A stretch of DNA of 64,000 nucleotides from the human T2T-CHM13v2.0 reference genome, Homo sapiens, in assembly GCF_009914755.1 (NCBI RefSeq), contig NC_060925.1, one strand, 5' to 3'. The notes below the pieces were generated by a model that was given only the letters and a program-made list of their open reading frames with translations, had not been told where the DNA came from and did not search any database. Position 1 is the first letter of the stretch. The number at the start of each line of letters is the position of its first letter. Of this stretch, positions 43,986 to 58,185 are shown in pieces. Both the position numbers and the translations under genes were made by a program.

Positions 43986-45609
43986 CTAGCCACCAGTTAT
44001 CTTTTATTATTTCTTTTCTCACATTCCTGCAAATATACATTTCAAATCAGCACCACTTTTCTCAAGCCTGCCTCTTTGCACAGTTCGCCACTTTGCACAG
44101 TTGCCTGGGGTCATTCTAGCCAACTGGCCAAGGAATCAGTAAAGAATGGCCTTGCTCATTGCAAATTTCTTTATCTTTAGGACTCTGTTAATGAGGTTCT
44201 AGCTGGATGAACTTGGAGTCAGATTATACCCTGTCAAAGGCCATTTTTTTTGGCATATTCTAAATTAGCAACTGACTAATTTATCGGGTATTCCATATTC
44301 AAAAAATAGCAATTTCAAACCTGATGAAATGTAAATGTTTTATAGTCTACTTTATATTAAAAGTTGGCAAGTTTGGGATAAGATTGGGCCCTAGAAAACA
44401 ATGATATTTTCTGTATGACTCATAGGGGCAAGCTGCCAGGAAAAATAGATTTTAACTTTTATTAACTTTTGCTCAGTCCTTGATTCTAGGGAGAGAAAGT
44501 GTTATGGGCTAAGTTTAATTGGCTCAACATAAACTTTTGACAATCGATGTTCATATGGAGCCTGAATTGTAACAGCTACCTGAGAGTCGTGCTGGCTGTG
44601 CCTGTGATATCTTCATCAGTTAGTGATTTTCAGTGACATAAAAGGGGGACATTTTCTGTTTCCCTTAAAATAGTTCCCTTAGTAAGTCAGTACTATCTTA
44701 TAAATGAATTAAACAGTTATAGTGAATAGAAAGAGACAGGTTCTCTTATTTCTGACAACATTGAGGAAGAAACTTAGAATTATAACTGAGACTTGAAATA
44801 AGAAAGACAAAAATCAGGGAAAACATTAACCTTTATAAACTATGCTAGGTGTCTTCCTGAAGACTAGGGGAAAAGAATTCCTCATTCCTAGCTCAGAGGA
44901 CCCCTAAAAGACAATTTAAGCACTTGTTAATGAACAAAGTTCTTGTGAAAGTTCATCTCCAGAACATCTGATGACTCTGACAAGATTTGATTTCTTTTTA
45001 TAGTCAAAGACTATAATATGAGATAGAGATATGTGCATATCATTACAGGCATCCAGACCTTCTTTAAGATTACAGTGACATATAATGAAACTTATAATTA
45101 CCTTTATAAAATTTTGTCTTGTTGGCTCAGTTCAGAGATTGCTCTGTCATTAGAAGAGGACACAGTTCTTTTTAGTGACACAGAAATAAAGCCTTTCTTT
45201 ACCTCCTAATTCTCAGCATGAACTGGTCATTTCTTCTTTTAAAACCATCAACTGTATGGGAATTTTGGAGGTGAATGCCAGATCCAACTTCCTGTGTCTC
45301 CTAAGAGGAATAGAAAGCCTTTCTCAAAAATTCTCTGTTTCAGACCTGAGTGATAGGCCATCCTTCATTTGTGGATCAGCACATGACCCACTCCAAGGTG
45401 TAACTTGGGTGATCAGATTTTATTTGTCTGTCTTGTTGGAATAGAGTCAGGCAACTTGAACCCAGGAAAGGCCTCATGACTGATTTGGAATAACTTAATT
45501 AGTGGTGAGAAGTGAGACTTCTCTTAATCCTTTTGAAGTCAGAATAGACTTACATTGAGAAAAATAAACAATGTCAAGAAGCTCACAACCCTTAAAGTAC
45601 AGCTATCAG

Positions 45610-45948
<339 letters not shown>

Positions 45949-46761
45949 TTAAATAAGAATTCTCTACTTTCTACCCTTGGAATAATTGAGCATTCTTGCT
46001 CTCCCTGATTGTCTTGACATGTAACTGTTAATCTTGTGAGGCTTAATTACCCAGGTCCAACAAGTAATATATACTAAACCTTCTTAGATTGCAAACTTAC
46101 AGCTAAATCCTTCTAGAACTGCTCTCATATTGCAACATTATTAATACTTCTCTTTTCTACCTTACTATTTTCATATATAAATCCCCTACAACTGTTTTTT
46201 TTTTTTTTTTTTTTTTAACTATTCCCACAGCTGAGTCTGTGGCATTTTTCTCTCTTTTGACTAATTTCTCTGTTTCTGGGCTGTTCTGAGGCTCCTGTGT
46301 CTTCTTTAAGGCTACTCCTTAGAGAAGGAACCTTCTAACTGGGTCAGGTCCTTGGAAATTAAAGCGGAACAAGGAGTGTACCCAGGTTCACAACACACTT
46401 AATTGTTTGTGGCCTTTCGGTCATAGCCACTTGATTACTCCACAAACTTTACTCTCCATGCTACTCACAAGTCAAAGAAGCAACATGAAACATGATCAAT
46501 AAAACCTTTAAAATATTTATGAAAATATAAAAAAACCCATTAAACTATATTGGTTTGCTTCAAATTTAGTGTCATTAATCCATTTCAAATAATTTTACAT
46601 TATTACATAGTTAACACCTAGTGTGTATGCCTACTTTCCTGATGTCAGCTTTGTAAAGAGCATTAGCGAGTTCTGGATCCCCATTGGTACCCTCCTCAAA
46701 GCCTTTTACTAAATTTAATTCAGTGTCCTAAGATTTCATTTAGAATACAAATACAGACTTA

Positions 46762-46895
46762 CACCAGGCGCGGTGGCTCACGCCTGTAATCCCAGCACTT
46801 TGGGAGGCCGAGGTGGGTGGATCACAAGGTCAAGAGATCGAGACCATCCTGGCCAACATGGTGAAACCCCATCTTTCCTTAAAAAAAAAAAAAAA
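46762..46895 (+). mobile_element. Alu left monomer only (AluSc-type) with A-tail
   Basis: aggtcaagagatcgagaccatcctggccaac followed directly by poly(A); flanks aaatacagactt / aagtgcagactt. Confidence 0.9.
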
Positions 46896-47235
46896 GTGCA
46901 GACTTTCTAGAGGCATGAAAGTCCTTCATTCAGAAGAGGCAAATTTTATTTTAATCACTATAAACATTCTCAGTAAGTGCTCCTGTCTTATAATATTGTA
47001 ATAATAACAATAATGCTGCCAACTAATGAGAGTTTCCTCAGTACCTCTATCCAAAATCACTCACTATAAGCCAAGACTACCCAAGACCTGCACTGTATAC
47101 GTGGAAACCCCTTTTCTTTATAAAAAAGCAGAGACTGAAGTTTTTTCATGAATATGAGCCACTTGTAAATGGTTATACACTAGTGTATAGAATAAATGTG
47201 TCTCCAATGACTGAGACTATGTGTAAAAATGAGAG

Positions 47236-47743
47236 TGTATTCGTTTCCTACAGCTGCCTTAAAAATTATTACCTTGCTAGCTTATTACTTTGTTGGCTTA
47301 ATTGTTATCTTGTTGGCTTAAAACAACAGAAATTTATTCTCTCTCAGTTTAGGAAGCTAGAAGTCTGAAATCAAGGTATTGGCAGGATTGGCGCCTTCTG
47401 GAGGCTGCAAGGGAGAAGCTGCCTCTTACCTTTCTCCTACCTTCCGGCTATTCCTGGCAGTCTGTGACATTCCTTGGCCTGTAGCTGCACGACTCTAAAC
47501 TCTGCCTCTGTTGTCACAGGGCCTGCTTCTCTGAGTGTCCTTTGTGTCTCTGTGTCCAAATCTCCGACTCCTTTCTCTTATAAAGATACTAGGCATTGGC
47601 TTTGAGCGTCACCTTAACCCAGTGTGACCTTAATTTAACTTGATTACATCTGCAAAGACCATGTTTTCAAATAAAGTTACGTTCACAGGGATGGGGGTAA
47701 GGGCTTATACATAATTTTGGGGGCATACAATTCAACCCACTAC
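47236..47743 (-). mobile_element. MLT1C-like MaLR LTR
   Basis: tgtattcgtttcct...caattcaacccactaca; TSD gagag / gagaa. Confidence 0.9.
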
Positions 47744-48344
47744 AGAGAAGATAGACAAAAAATATGTCAAATAATTCAATGGAGCTGCAAATCGAAGTAA
47801 CTTCTTGTTATGAGATGGACTTGAACATTTTGGTTAATAACCTAATAAATTAAAAATCTAAACATCATTTCATAGATAATTTGTAATCATATTATCAGTA
47901 GTGTTTTTGTTGGTATCCATTCCTAGACACAGATGGCTCAATCTGGAAGAAATGATAATAAAAGCCAAATTATTATTTTTAATGAGACTCAAGCTTCAAA
48001 TACAAAACATTTGGGCTCAAGGGATTATTATGTTTATAATTATAGTTAAAATCTTCTTGGCTTTTTTTTTTTAACCAGTACAATAATTTTTTTCAAGGAT
48101 GTCTTCAGAAAAATGATACTACTCTGAGGGTAAATAGCAAACATTTCCAATTTGCTCTAGAACATCAGTTCCAACAGAATAATTTTTGAGAATAGTTACT
48201 GCCAATCTGATCTAGATCAGATTGTTTAGGGCTGGCTTTTGTCCTAAAGGTTAGCAGATTATTAGAGAACTTACTTAACCACCTTTTCCTGTGCATGGGC
48301 TTTCTCAGTCTCCCTGTATATTTCCATAAAAAGGCATTCCATCC

Positions 48345-48776
48345 ATTATGGGTTGAATTGTACGCCCCCAAAAGATGTTAGAGGTCACCGGTGACTGTAA
48401 CCTTATTTAGAAATAGTCTTTGCAGATGGTTGGGTTTAGATGAGGTTATGTAGGTGAGGCCTAATCCAGTATGACTAGTGTCCTTACAGACAGGAGAAAT
48501 TTGTGTGCAGAGACAGACAAATATAGAGGAAAAGATGACAAGACACAGGGAAAACGCCATTTAATTTACAAGCCAAGGAATGCCTGAGGTTACCAGAAGC
48601 TAGAAGAGGGGCATGGAGATTCTCCCTCACAGTCCTCAGAAGGAGCAGAAGGAACCAACCCTGCTGACACAATAATTTCAGACTTCTTGCCTCCAAAATG
48701 TGAGAGAGTAAATGTTTGTTGTTTCAGCTACCCAGTTTGTGGTACTTTGTTACCACAGCCCTAGGAAACTAATACA
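48345..48776 (+). mobile_element. MLT1B/C MaLR LTR
   Basis: ttatgggttgaattgt...gccctaggaaactaataca. Confidence 0.9.
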
Positions 48777-48841
48777 CTACCTCTCTTATTATCACTTTTA
48801 GTTAGGTGAGTCTGACCAGGTCAAATATATATGTGTATATA

Positions 48842-49125
48842 TTTCAGACATAGTCTCACTCTGTCACCCAGGCTGGAACGCAGTGGCAGGATCTTGGCTT
48901 ACTGCAACCTCTGCCTCCCAGGTCAAGTGATTCTCGTGCCTCAGCCAGCAGAGTAGCTGGGATTACTGGCATGTGCCACCACGCATGGCTAATTTTTATA
49001 GTTTTAATAGAGACAGAGTTTCAGCATGTTGGCCAGGCTGGTTTTAAACTCCTGACCTCAAGTGATCCGCCCACTTCGGCCTACCAAAGTGCTGGAATTA
49101 TAGGCATGAGACACCGCACCTGGCC
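48842..49125 (-). mobile_element. Alu (AluSx/Sz-like), tail decayed
   Basis: Full dimer; TSD aggtcaaatatat on both sides. Confidence 0.93.
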
Positions 49126-50828
49126 AGGTCAAATATATTTATATGTGTATGTGTTTGCCTATATGCATATTTATATTTCAATTGTAACATTCAAATATCA
49201 TTTATATGTTTCTTGCCTTGTTCTTATTTACCTAGGAACTCTTTTGATGCAATAGTAAACATAAAAAGACCATATTACTTAGAGGCCTAATTCTAGACAA
49301 AGTCTCACAAATGCTCTCAGTCACAGCTTCCTGCTCCATGACTGTGCTGAAAAATTTTCTGAAACTTTTTGAGATATTGCATGCAAACCAATGAAAGTTA
49401 ACTAAGCCAAGTATATTCAAGGGGAATTTAAATTAGTCACAATAAAGTAGATATGTTTTAAGAATATAAGAGTGAATTTGTTGAGGACAATATTTGATTC
49501 TATAATGACCCTCCTCCAGGGAATAATGGGTAGACTGCTTTACTGAAAAGATTTTTCTTGTTCATTTCTGCCAAAGATGATATTCCTAAAAATTCAGCTT
49601 ACTGCTGTGTATATTTTATCTTCTTGCTCACAAAAAAAGCTACTGGTAAAATTTAGTCACTAATATAACATTATTTTCTTTTTTTTTTTTTTGACAGAGA
49701 CTATAGTATAAAATAGTCACATGTGTACTGTTTCTATAAATGTGTAATATATATATTATATATGATTCTAAAGAAAGACATGAATTGACTTGTATTGACT
49801 ATAAAATATTGACCATATTCTATTTTAATAATGTAGTAAAGTCTCCTGTAGAACTACAGCTGCAAAGCTTTTGCTTATAAAACAATTCCTGATGTGTGGT
49901 TAGGTTATTTTCTGTTTCATGATAAAAATCTGGCTGTAGTATCACAGTCTAGGAATTGCTTTAACATGTAGCTGGACATAATATCTAATTATTACTTCTA
50001 TAAGGGTTAAAAATAACTACAAGCAAAGATGGTCCAGTATCTTCTTGGGGAACATTACTACATCTCAGCCTAATTTGTGGCAAATAATGACCATTATAGT
50101 AAGGTCACCTTACTAAGATTTTTTTTTTCCGAAATAAAGACTTTCTTGGAGAATTTAGTAGGAAGTGGTACTGTATAAAGCTAGGCATTCTATGAATGCT
50201 TTAAGAAAACTATTCTTATGGGTGAGTTAGTCATTTTTTTTTTGCCCCTTTCAAACTTTTGTTAAGCTAAAATTAATCTCTAAATAGTGACCTCTATATC
50301 ATTTTAAATTTGTGCAAATAATGCTTTTTTTTTCCTTTTTTTCCTAGGAAGTTTCTTATTCTTTGCAGGTATTTCTTCAGTTTAACTTTGAGTGAAGTTA
50401 TAATATTCTAACTTCAAGTACTTCTTTTTAGTTCTCTTGATTCTCACTAGCAACCGTATTCCTATCATTGAATTTAAATGGCTACCAAGAAGCAATTAAA
50501 TAAATTCCCTTCATAACAAGATGTGTTAGGATTCTCATGTTCTGATCCTAGTTCACTTGGTCTACTTCATTTCTTATCTCTCCCCCATAGGTAATTGATG
50601 TCTAGGTATTCTGAAATACTTGCCTATGTTTGCAGGCCATTGGCTTTTAAGAATATTACTGTTTTTTTCTGAAACTTGCATCAGCTGCCCTCATCACTTG
50701 CTCCGTATTCCCACAATAATTTTTCTGGCTAGCTTTTGCATATCGTTTTATCTGAGTCAGCACTTCATCTAGAAAATTATAATTACTCCTTCCCCCTGGT
50801 CTGGATTAAGTGTGTGTGCTCCCATGAT

Positions 50829-50960
50829 TATAGCAATCATATAAATTGTCATCCCATCTGGGACACTTTTGAGAGTCAAAGTGGGTACAGACCAGATGGG
50901 GCACTGGGAAACAGGCATAAACAGATTTCCTTAGGTAAACTGGGAGGGGTGATCACCCTA
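50829..50960 (+). mobile_element. MER94-like hAT-Blackjack MITE
   Basis: gggacacttttgagagt internal motif and tgatcacccta terminus. Confidence 0.7.
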
Positions 50961-51194
50961 CAGTGTATTTATTCTGGGGTAGGATTATAATTATTTTTAT
51001 GTTTTTGTCTGTACTGCTAGCTTCCTATGGATAGTAATCATGTGTTTTAATTCTGGGTCCCCAATGTTTGGTCTTTCATAAGTGCTTGTTGAAATGACAC
51101 AAGAGTAATATGAAATTAGTTAATAAGTAAATATAAGAAAAAGGGGCTGGAAGAGAAACAATTTAAAGTTCTTTTAAATGATAAAGAAACAAAT

Positions 51195-52176
51195 CTTGCA
51201 GTGGCTATGAAAATGCATCATAGCCACTACAATGCAGGGAGCAAAATTTCCTGAGCTTCCTAGCTACTGCCCTTCTGGATTCACCCTGACCTGTGCACCT
51301 TGCTTCTCATGTTGCTCCTGGCCAGTGACAGCACAGCTGGGAGCTCATGCAGGCCTGCTGTAGCATGAACCCTGTTCATATTTATTCATTCACCCACTTA
51401 ATAGGCAACTTTGGTTTGAGCACTCCCTGTAGATCTGGCCAAAATTTTCTTAGCACAGCATTAAACTCTGTGATTTTTTTCTATCCAGTTCTCCTTCCCT
51501 CCCTTTTTTCTTCACAGGGGTCAGACCTATCTCCTATGTGACAGTCTGATGGCCATCCCCACTGTTTTGTTGTGGTGGTGTTCTCCCTTTTCCTGCCATA
51601 GGCATTTCCTCCAGTAAAGCCTATGTAGATTGTGATAGGCTGAATAGTAGCTCTCCAAAGATGTCTATGTCCTAATTCTCAGAACTTGTGAGTAAGTTAT
51701 CTTATGTGACAAAAGGGGCTTTACAGATGTGGTTAAATTAAGCATATGGGGAGAAAGAGATCATTGTAGATTATCTGGGAAGACTCAGTGTATTCAGATG
51801 GGTCCTTAGGGAGGCAGAAGGGTCAGAGAGAGAGAAATGGCATATGGACAAGCAGAGGAAGAGAAGGAGATGTGACAATGGAAGAAGAAGTTGGAGCAAT
51901 GCAGTCAGGGAACAAGGAATTCGGGCAGCCTGTAGAAACTGGAAAAGGCAAGGAATGGATTCTTCCACAGAACCTCCCAAAGGAAGGCAGCCTTTTTAAT
52001 TTTAGGGAGTAAGATCTGCTTCAGATTTCTGACCTCTGGAACTGTAAAATGAGAAGTCTGTGGTGTTTTAAGCCACTAAATTTGTGGTAATCTCTTCCAG
52101 CAGCAATAAAAAAGTGACATACATCCACACTAATTCTGTTTTGACATCTACTTCTCAGCAGACCCAAACTAACGCA
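51195..52176 (+). mobile_element. LTR16-type ERVL LTR split by MLT1D
   Basis: cttcacaggggtcagacc...ataggcatttcctccagtaaa, resuming after 52123 with catctacttctcagcagacccaaactaacgca. Confidence 0.75.
51631..52123 (+). mobile_element. MLT1D MaLR LTR
   Basis: tgtgataggctgaata...ttttaagccactaaatttgtggtaat...cagcaata. Confidence 0.88.
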
Positions 52177-53339
52177 ACTGTAAGTGTTTAATCTTTGAGT
52201 TTCAGATGAAAAAATACAAGTATTGATTTAAGGGATATTCATAAAATTATTTCATTGGTTTGTCACTTTTGAAAGTCTTTTAATTTTTAAATAAATAAAA
52301 GTTCGTGAATGGAATAAAGTTCCAAAGAGAAGATAATCTGTAACTACAAATGACAGCCTGAATCATTTAGAAATATTACATATAATATCTGTTGTTGAGG
52401 AAAGATGTTTCAGACACATATACGTAGATAAAATATTAAGAAATCATCCTAAATAATGGATGATGCCAGTTACAGGGAGAAAACAATAATCTAAATCTTT
52501 GTCATGAAATATAGTGTAGAGTTTTATCTATGATTATTAGACTGAAAAGCATAAGTCCTAGGAAGGTTATATTTGTCCATAAATGTAGAGAGACAGAGAG
52601 AATAGGAGAGAGTGCCTGCTAACCGTTCAGCCTGTATGCCTGCAATGTGTACAGTACAGCATTGAGCCTATTCTACAATGCTATCATTGTTCAAATTCAT
52701 GACTTTACTCCATTTGAGAATGTATGCAATATTGAAAATGTTATATTCTTCACAATACTCTTTGTCATTGTTAGCCAAATCCAAGATTAATTGGTCTGTT
52801 GGTTTTTCAGATTTCCTCAGAGGTTTAAGAATCAAACTTGCTGTTAATCCAAACAAAAGGCTATAAAATATGTTATCTTCATAGCTTTCGTCTCTTTGAA
52901 CTTGGCATAGTTTACCCTGTTGTCTGCTCAGGTTAGAATGCTGGTATTCCATTGCATTCTGTGGAGTGTACCTGTTACTCTGGTAGTCTGAATTGAATTA
53001 ACTAATCATTAATGGCTCATATTGTCTGAGAAATTACAATTTAAATTGATGGGGACTAATAAGATTAATCTTTTCTTTAAACGAAAGAAACAAACTCCAG
53101 GAAAACTAGAATTACAGTCAGAGCATTTGCAAAGCATTTTAGCTCAATTTCTCATAAAACATAATGCTAATGAAGTAAAGTTCACTTTTCCAAATAGCAT
53201 TTTGATATCCCTGTACTTTTCTACTACCTGACTACAATTTAAATCTGATGTGGCACCTGCATATTCTATCTCACAAAGGGAATTAGGAGAAAGGAACAAT
53301 GGACAGATTGATTCAGCTCCATCCCACTATTAATTAACT

Positions 53340-54640
53340 CATTAATTATTTATTTGGTGTTCCCATTTCTAAACACAACTTCTTTGAGCATTTATGTTTC
53401 AGAATATTTATGCTAGGCACAGACAAAGCTGTACTTCCTTCCCTCAGCTGCTTCACAACTGAATGAGGGGTGCAGAGTTAAGTCAATACATTATGATAAA
53501 AGTATGGGGAGGTAGAAGCCTAGAGAAGAGTGTCAAAATCTGACCATCCAGGTGGACTTGAAAAAGCTTCTTGAAGAAAGTTGTGCCTCGGCAGAGAGAT
53601 GGATGAATAATGAGAAAGCCAAGTGAAGGAAGCAGGAAGAGAAGGGTTCATCTACACATAAGGAACAGAATATGCAAGATGAGAAAAATCATGCTGCATT
53701 TTAGAAAGTACTTTGACATTGCTGTTGCTATAAGTGATATAACAATGGCAAGAGGTGAAAACAAAGTGACACAGAAATTTAGTCTTCTCAGGACTGTTAG
53801 ATGTTCCTTTTGTTCCCTTCTAGCACACACACAAAAAAATCCTTCATTATATATTATTTATTAACTCTAAATTTCTTGATAATCTTCCAATTTTACTTGC
53901 TATTTCCTACCCTATTATTTTGTTTTGGAAGACAATTTAGTTCATATTCGTTTCCTTCTTTGTGGATTCTCTCTTGGTACAGCTCTTGAAACTATCTTTT
54001 CTTTGCTTGAGTTTTCCATTGTGACTTTTGATTTGTCTCACTCTCCAGTGTGCAATACTGGCACTGCCCACTTCTCTGTTCTCCCAGGTCTGAGAACCCA
54101 GCCTGGATGCTTGTGGTAAAATGAGGCTAGAAAACAGAGGGGAGTCTGAGAGGCTGGTGAACCATGCTTAATTTACTCAAGACCATGATACGAGATTTTA
54201 ATTTTAATATGATTACCTTGGTAATACTACCTGGCACAGTCAGGAATGGTGGAGCTGGAATGGAGGCAAGCAGAGCAATGAAGAAGCCAAAGCAGAAATT
54301 AAGTGAAGAAATAATCATGGTAAGAGTGAGGAAAGTGAAGAGAGGATGGATTTAATAGTGGGACTAATAAGATTTCTCACAAATTTAGTTAGTTTAATTT
54401 TCTAGCTTGGGAGTCTGAGTGGATACTGATAAGATTACCTAAGCTAGAAAACATAAATAGAAAAAAAAGCAGATTTCAGAAGAAAGATGGTGCCTTCCTT
54501 TTGTCAGTAATTTGAATTTGAATTTCTGGGGATATCTAGAATGGAATTGAATATATGGCTCTGGAACTCATGAAATCAGACTTAAAATATGGATTTGGGT
54601 ATGATCAGTGAGGAGGTGGTGGTGAAGATGTTGTCATAAA
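53340..54640 (-). mobile_element. scattered L2 fragments
   Basis: ttgagcatttatgtttcag...tgctaggcac and tttctagcttgggagtctgagtggat; boundaries approximate. Confidence 0.55.
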
Positions 54641-54654
54641 CAATACTGATAGAG

Positions 54655-54895
54655 TTAATAACTAACATATAAAAATTACTGTATGCCAGGCACTGTTCTG
54701 TTTTATACATGTTAACTAATGAAATTATCACAATTCAGTGAGGCAGGGTCTATTTTAACATCCTGATTTTATAGGTGGGGAAACTTAGACACAGAGATGT
54801 TAGTTAACTTGCTCAAATTGTATTTAGATGTGGAGGAGCTGGCATTCAAACTCAGCCTGTCTAGATGTAGGCTCTGCTCCCTTGACCATTACACT
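54655..54895 (-). mobile_element. MIR
   Basis: tgtatgccaggcactgttct...ttttataggtggggaaact...taacttgctcaa...ggcattcaaactcag. Confidence 0.85.
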
Positions 54896-55309
54896 ACACT
54901 GTCAGTAGAAACAGAATATAAGCTAAGTCCTTGGATATCAGATATATGAAGATCTGGAGAAACACCAATATTATGAGTTGATGAGGAAAGAAAAAACCAT
55001 AAAGGAAACTGAGAACAAACAGGAAGTAAGCAGAGGTAACCAGCAGAATTTTTTTTATGGAAATGAATGGAAGAAAGTGCTGCAAGAAGGAAGTGATTAA
55101 CAGTATGAAATATTGGAGGAAAACAAGTAAGTTGCAGCTGAAAAGCCTTGTCAAAGTTTGCATTTAATACTATGGTCTTTGCCTTGGGAAGTGCACAGTC
55201 TTTTTTTTTTTTTTCTTCCGGTGATGAAAAAAAAGGTCATGTAAACAAATAGAAAACAGTGAATCTTAAAAAAAATTACTTTTATTATTGTAGATGAGAT
55301 GTTCATTAG

Positions 55310-55580
55310 AGCTGTTCCCAAATGCTTTTTTTTCTCTTTCTGGACACTAGATAGAATTTCATTCTCTGCTGTCTTTGAGGTAGATGGAGCCATATGACTT
55401 TCTATGGACATTGAATACTAAGTAGGAATGATTTTGGTCAGTTCTACATTTAACTGCCTGTGCAAATTTCAGTGTTCCCTTTCTCTCTCTTGGCAAGCTT
55501 GGAACCAGGAAAGAGCTTCTGTTAGTCTGGGCATTAAGTTAGTGCCCCACCCCATTTCATCCTGTACTACACGTGTAAGG
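55310..55580 (+). mobile_element. old MLT1 (J/K-like) LTR fragment
   Basis: ctttgaggtagatggagccatatgact...catttaactgcctgtgc. Confidence 0.5.
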
Positions 55581-55892
55581 TGAGGTGTTGTATATCAGAT
55601 CACTATAATCCAGATCATCATGCTCATCAGTGGATCGATGATGTCATCACTTCCATGGTTTTTTGTTTTATTTGTTTTAATTCTGATACTAATAATAAGC
55701 CTGTGTTGGAGAATACATTACATCAGAGAATGAGCATATATGATTCATATGGTCTTGGATATTAATATTAACTATAGATATATTTGACTAATAAAAATAT
55801 TCAAGAAATTAATTTAAAACAATAATAGACATATTTCTGAGTTAAGTTTTTTTTATTCTAAAGTTTATAAATTGAGATATATAGAATATCAG

Positions 55893-58161
55893 TGTATTAG
55901 TCTGTTTTCACAGTGCTGATAAAGACATACCCAAGACTGGGAAGAAAAATAGGTTTAATGGACTTATGGTTCCACATGGCTGTGGAGGCCTCACAGTCAT
56001 GGTGGAAGGCAAGGAGGAGCAAGTCACATCTTACATGGATGGCAGCAGACAAAGAGAGAGCTTGTGCAGGGAAACTTTCATATTTCAAAACCATCAGATC
56101 TCATGAGACTCATTCCTGTCACAAAAACAGTGCAGGAAAGCCCCACCCCGGATAATTCAATCACCTCCCACTAGGTTCCTCCCATTATACATGGGAATTG
56201 TGGGAGTTACAATTTAAGATGAGATTTGGGTGGGGACACAGCCAAACCATATCATTCCACCCCTGGCCCCTCCCAAATATCATGTCCTCACATTGTAAAA
56301 CCAGTCATGCATTTCCAACAGTTCCTCAAAGTCTTAACTCATTTTAGCATTAACTCAAAAGTCCACAGTCCAATGTGTCGAGACAAGGCAAGTCTCTTCT
56401 TCCTATAAGCCTGTAAAATCAAAAGCAAGTTAGTTACTTCCTAGATACAATGGGGGTACAGGCACTGGGTAAATACAGTCTTTCCAAATGGGAGAAATTG
56501 GCCAAAACAAAGGGATTACAGGCCCCATGCAAGTCTGAAACTCAGCAGGGCAGTCAAATCTTAAAGCTTCAAGATGATCTCCTTTGACTCTATGTCTCAT
56601 ATTTAGGTGACGCTGACGCAAGAGGTAGGTTCTCATGGTCTTGGGTAGCTCCACCCCTGTGGCTTTTCAGGGTACAGCCTCCCTCCTGGCTGCTTCATGG
56701 GCTGGCATTGAGTGTTTGCAGCTTTTCCAGGTGCACAGTGCAAGCTGTTGGTGGATCTACCCTTCTGGGGTCTGCAGGACAGTGACCCTCTTCTCACAGC
56801 TCCATTAAGTGGCTCCCAGTGACTCCACATTTCCCTTCTGCACTGTCCTAGCAGAGGTGCTTTATGAGAGCCCCACCCCTGCAGCAAACTTCTGCCTGGA
56901 CATCCAGGCATTTCCATACATCCTCTGAAATGTAGGTGGAGGTTCCCAAACTTCAATTCTTGACTTCTGTGCACCTGCAGGCTCAATACCACGTGGAAGT
57001 TTCCAAGGTTTGGGGCTTGCACCCTCTGAAGCCATGGCCCAAGCTGTACCTTGGCCCCTTTTAGTCATGGCTGGAGTGGCTGGGACACAGGGCACCAAGT
57101 CCCCAGATTGCACACAGCAGAGGGACCCTAGGCCTGGCCCATGAAACAATTTTTTCCACTTAGGCCTCTGAGCCTCTGGAAGGGACTGCCATGAAGACCT
57201 CTGACATGCCCTGGAGACATTTTCCCCCTTGTCTTTGGGATTAACGTTTGGCTCCTCATTACTTATGGAAATCTATGCAGCCAGTTTGAATTTCTCCTCA
57301 GAAAATGAGATTTTATTTTCTATCACATTGTCAAGCTGCAAATTTTCCAAACTTTTATGCTCTGTTTCCCTTTTAAAACTGAATGCCTTTAACAGCACCC
57401 AAGTTACCTTTTGATTGCTTTGCTGCTTAGAAATTTCTCCTGACAGAAACCCTAAATAATCTTTCTTAAGTTCAAAGATTCATAAATCTCTAGGGCAATT
57501 GCAAAATACTGTGATCTCTTTGTTAAAACATAACAAGAGTCACCTTTGATCCAGTTCCCAACAAGTTCCTCATCTTCATCTGAGACCACCTCAGCCTGGA
57601 TTTCATTGTCCATAACATTATCAGGATTTTGGTCAAAGCCATTCTACAAGTCTCTAGGGAGTTCCAAATTTTCCCAAATTTTCCTGTCTTCTTCTGAGCC
57701 CTCCAAACTGTTCCAACCTCTGCCTGTTACCCAGTTCCAAAGTCGCTTCCACATTTTCAGGTATCTTTACAGCAATGCCCCATTCTACTGGTACCAATTT
57801 ATTGTATTAGTCCACTTTCACAGTGCTGATAAAGACATACCCAAGACCGGAAAGAAAAATAGGTTTAATGGACTTACAGTTCCACATGGCTGGGGAGGTC
57901 TCACAGTCATGGTGGAAGGCTAGGAGGAGCAAGTCATATCTTATCTGAATGGCAGTGCAAAGAGATCGCTTGTGCAGGCAAACTCCCATTTTTTAAAACC
58001 ATCAGATCTTGTGAGTCTCATTCCTATCACAAGAACAGCACAGGAAAGACCCACCCACATAATTCAATCACCTCCCACTGGGTTCCTCCCATGACACATG
58101 GGAATTGTGGGAGTTACAATTCAAGATGAGATTTGGGAGGGGACACAGCCAAACCATATCA
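55893..58161 (-). mobile_element. complete THE1 MaLR provirus: 3' LTR 55893-56254, internal 56255-57802, 5' LTR 57803-58161
   Basis: Two ~360-bp direct LTRs tgtattagtc...aaaccatatca; perfect 5-bp TSD ATCAG (55888-55892, 58162-58166). Confidence 0.97.
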
Positions 58162-58185
58162 ATCAGGTATATGGAATATGACATA

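Noticed and set aside
49670-49700. Poly(T)-gacag acceptor-like site
   Set aside because: No downstream donor or open frame evident; likely a simple T-tract
56226-57989. ORF cluster in the THE1 internal region
   Set aside because: Fragmented MaLR internal sequence; no continuous long ORF
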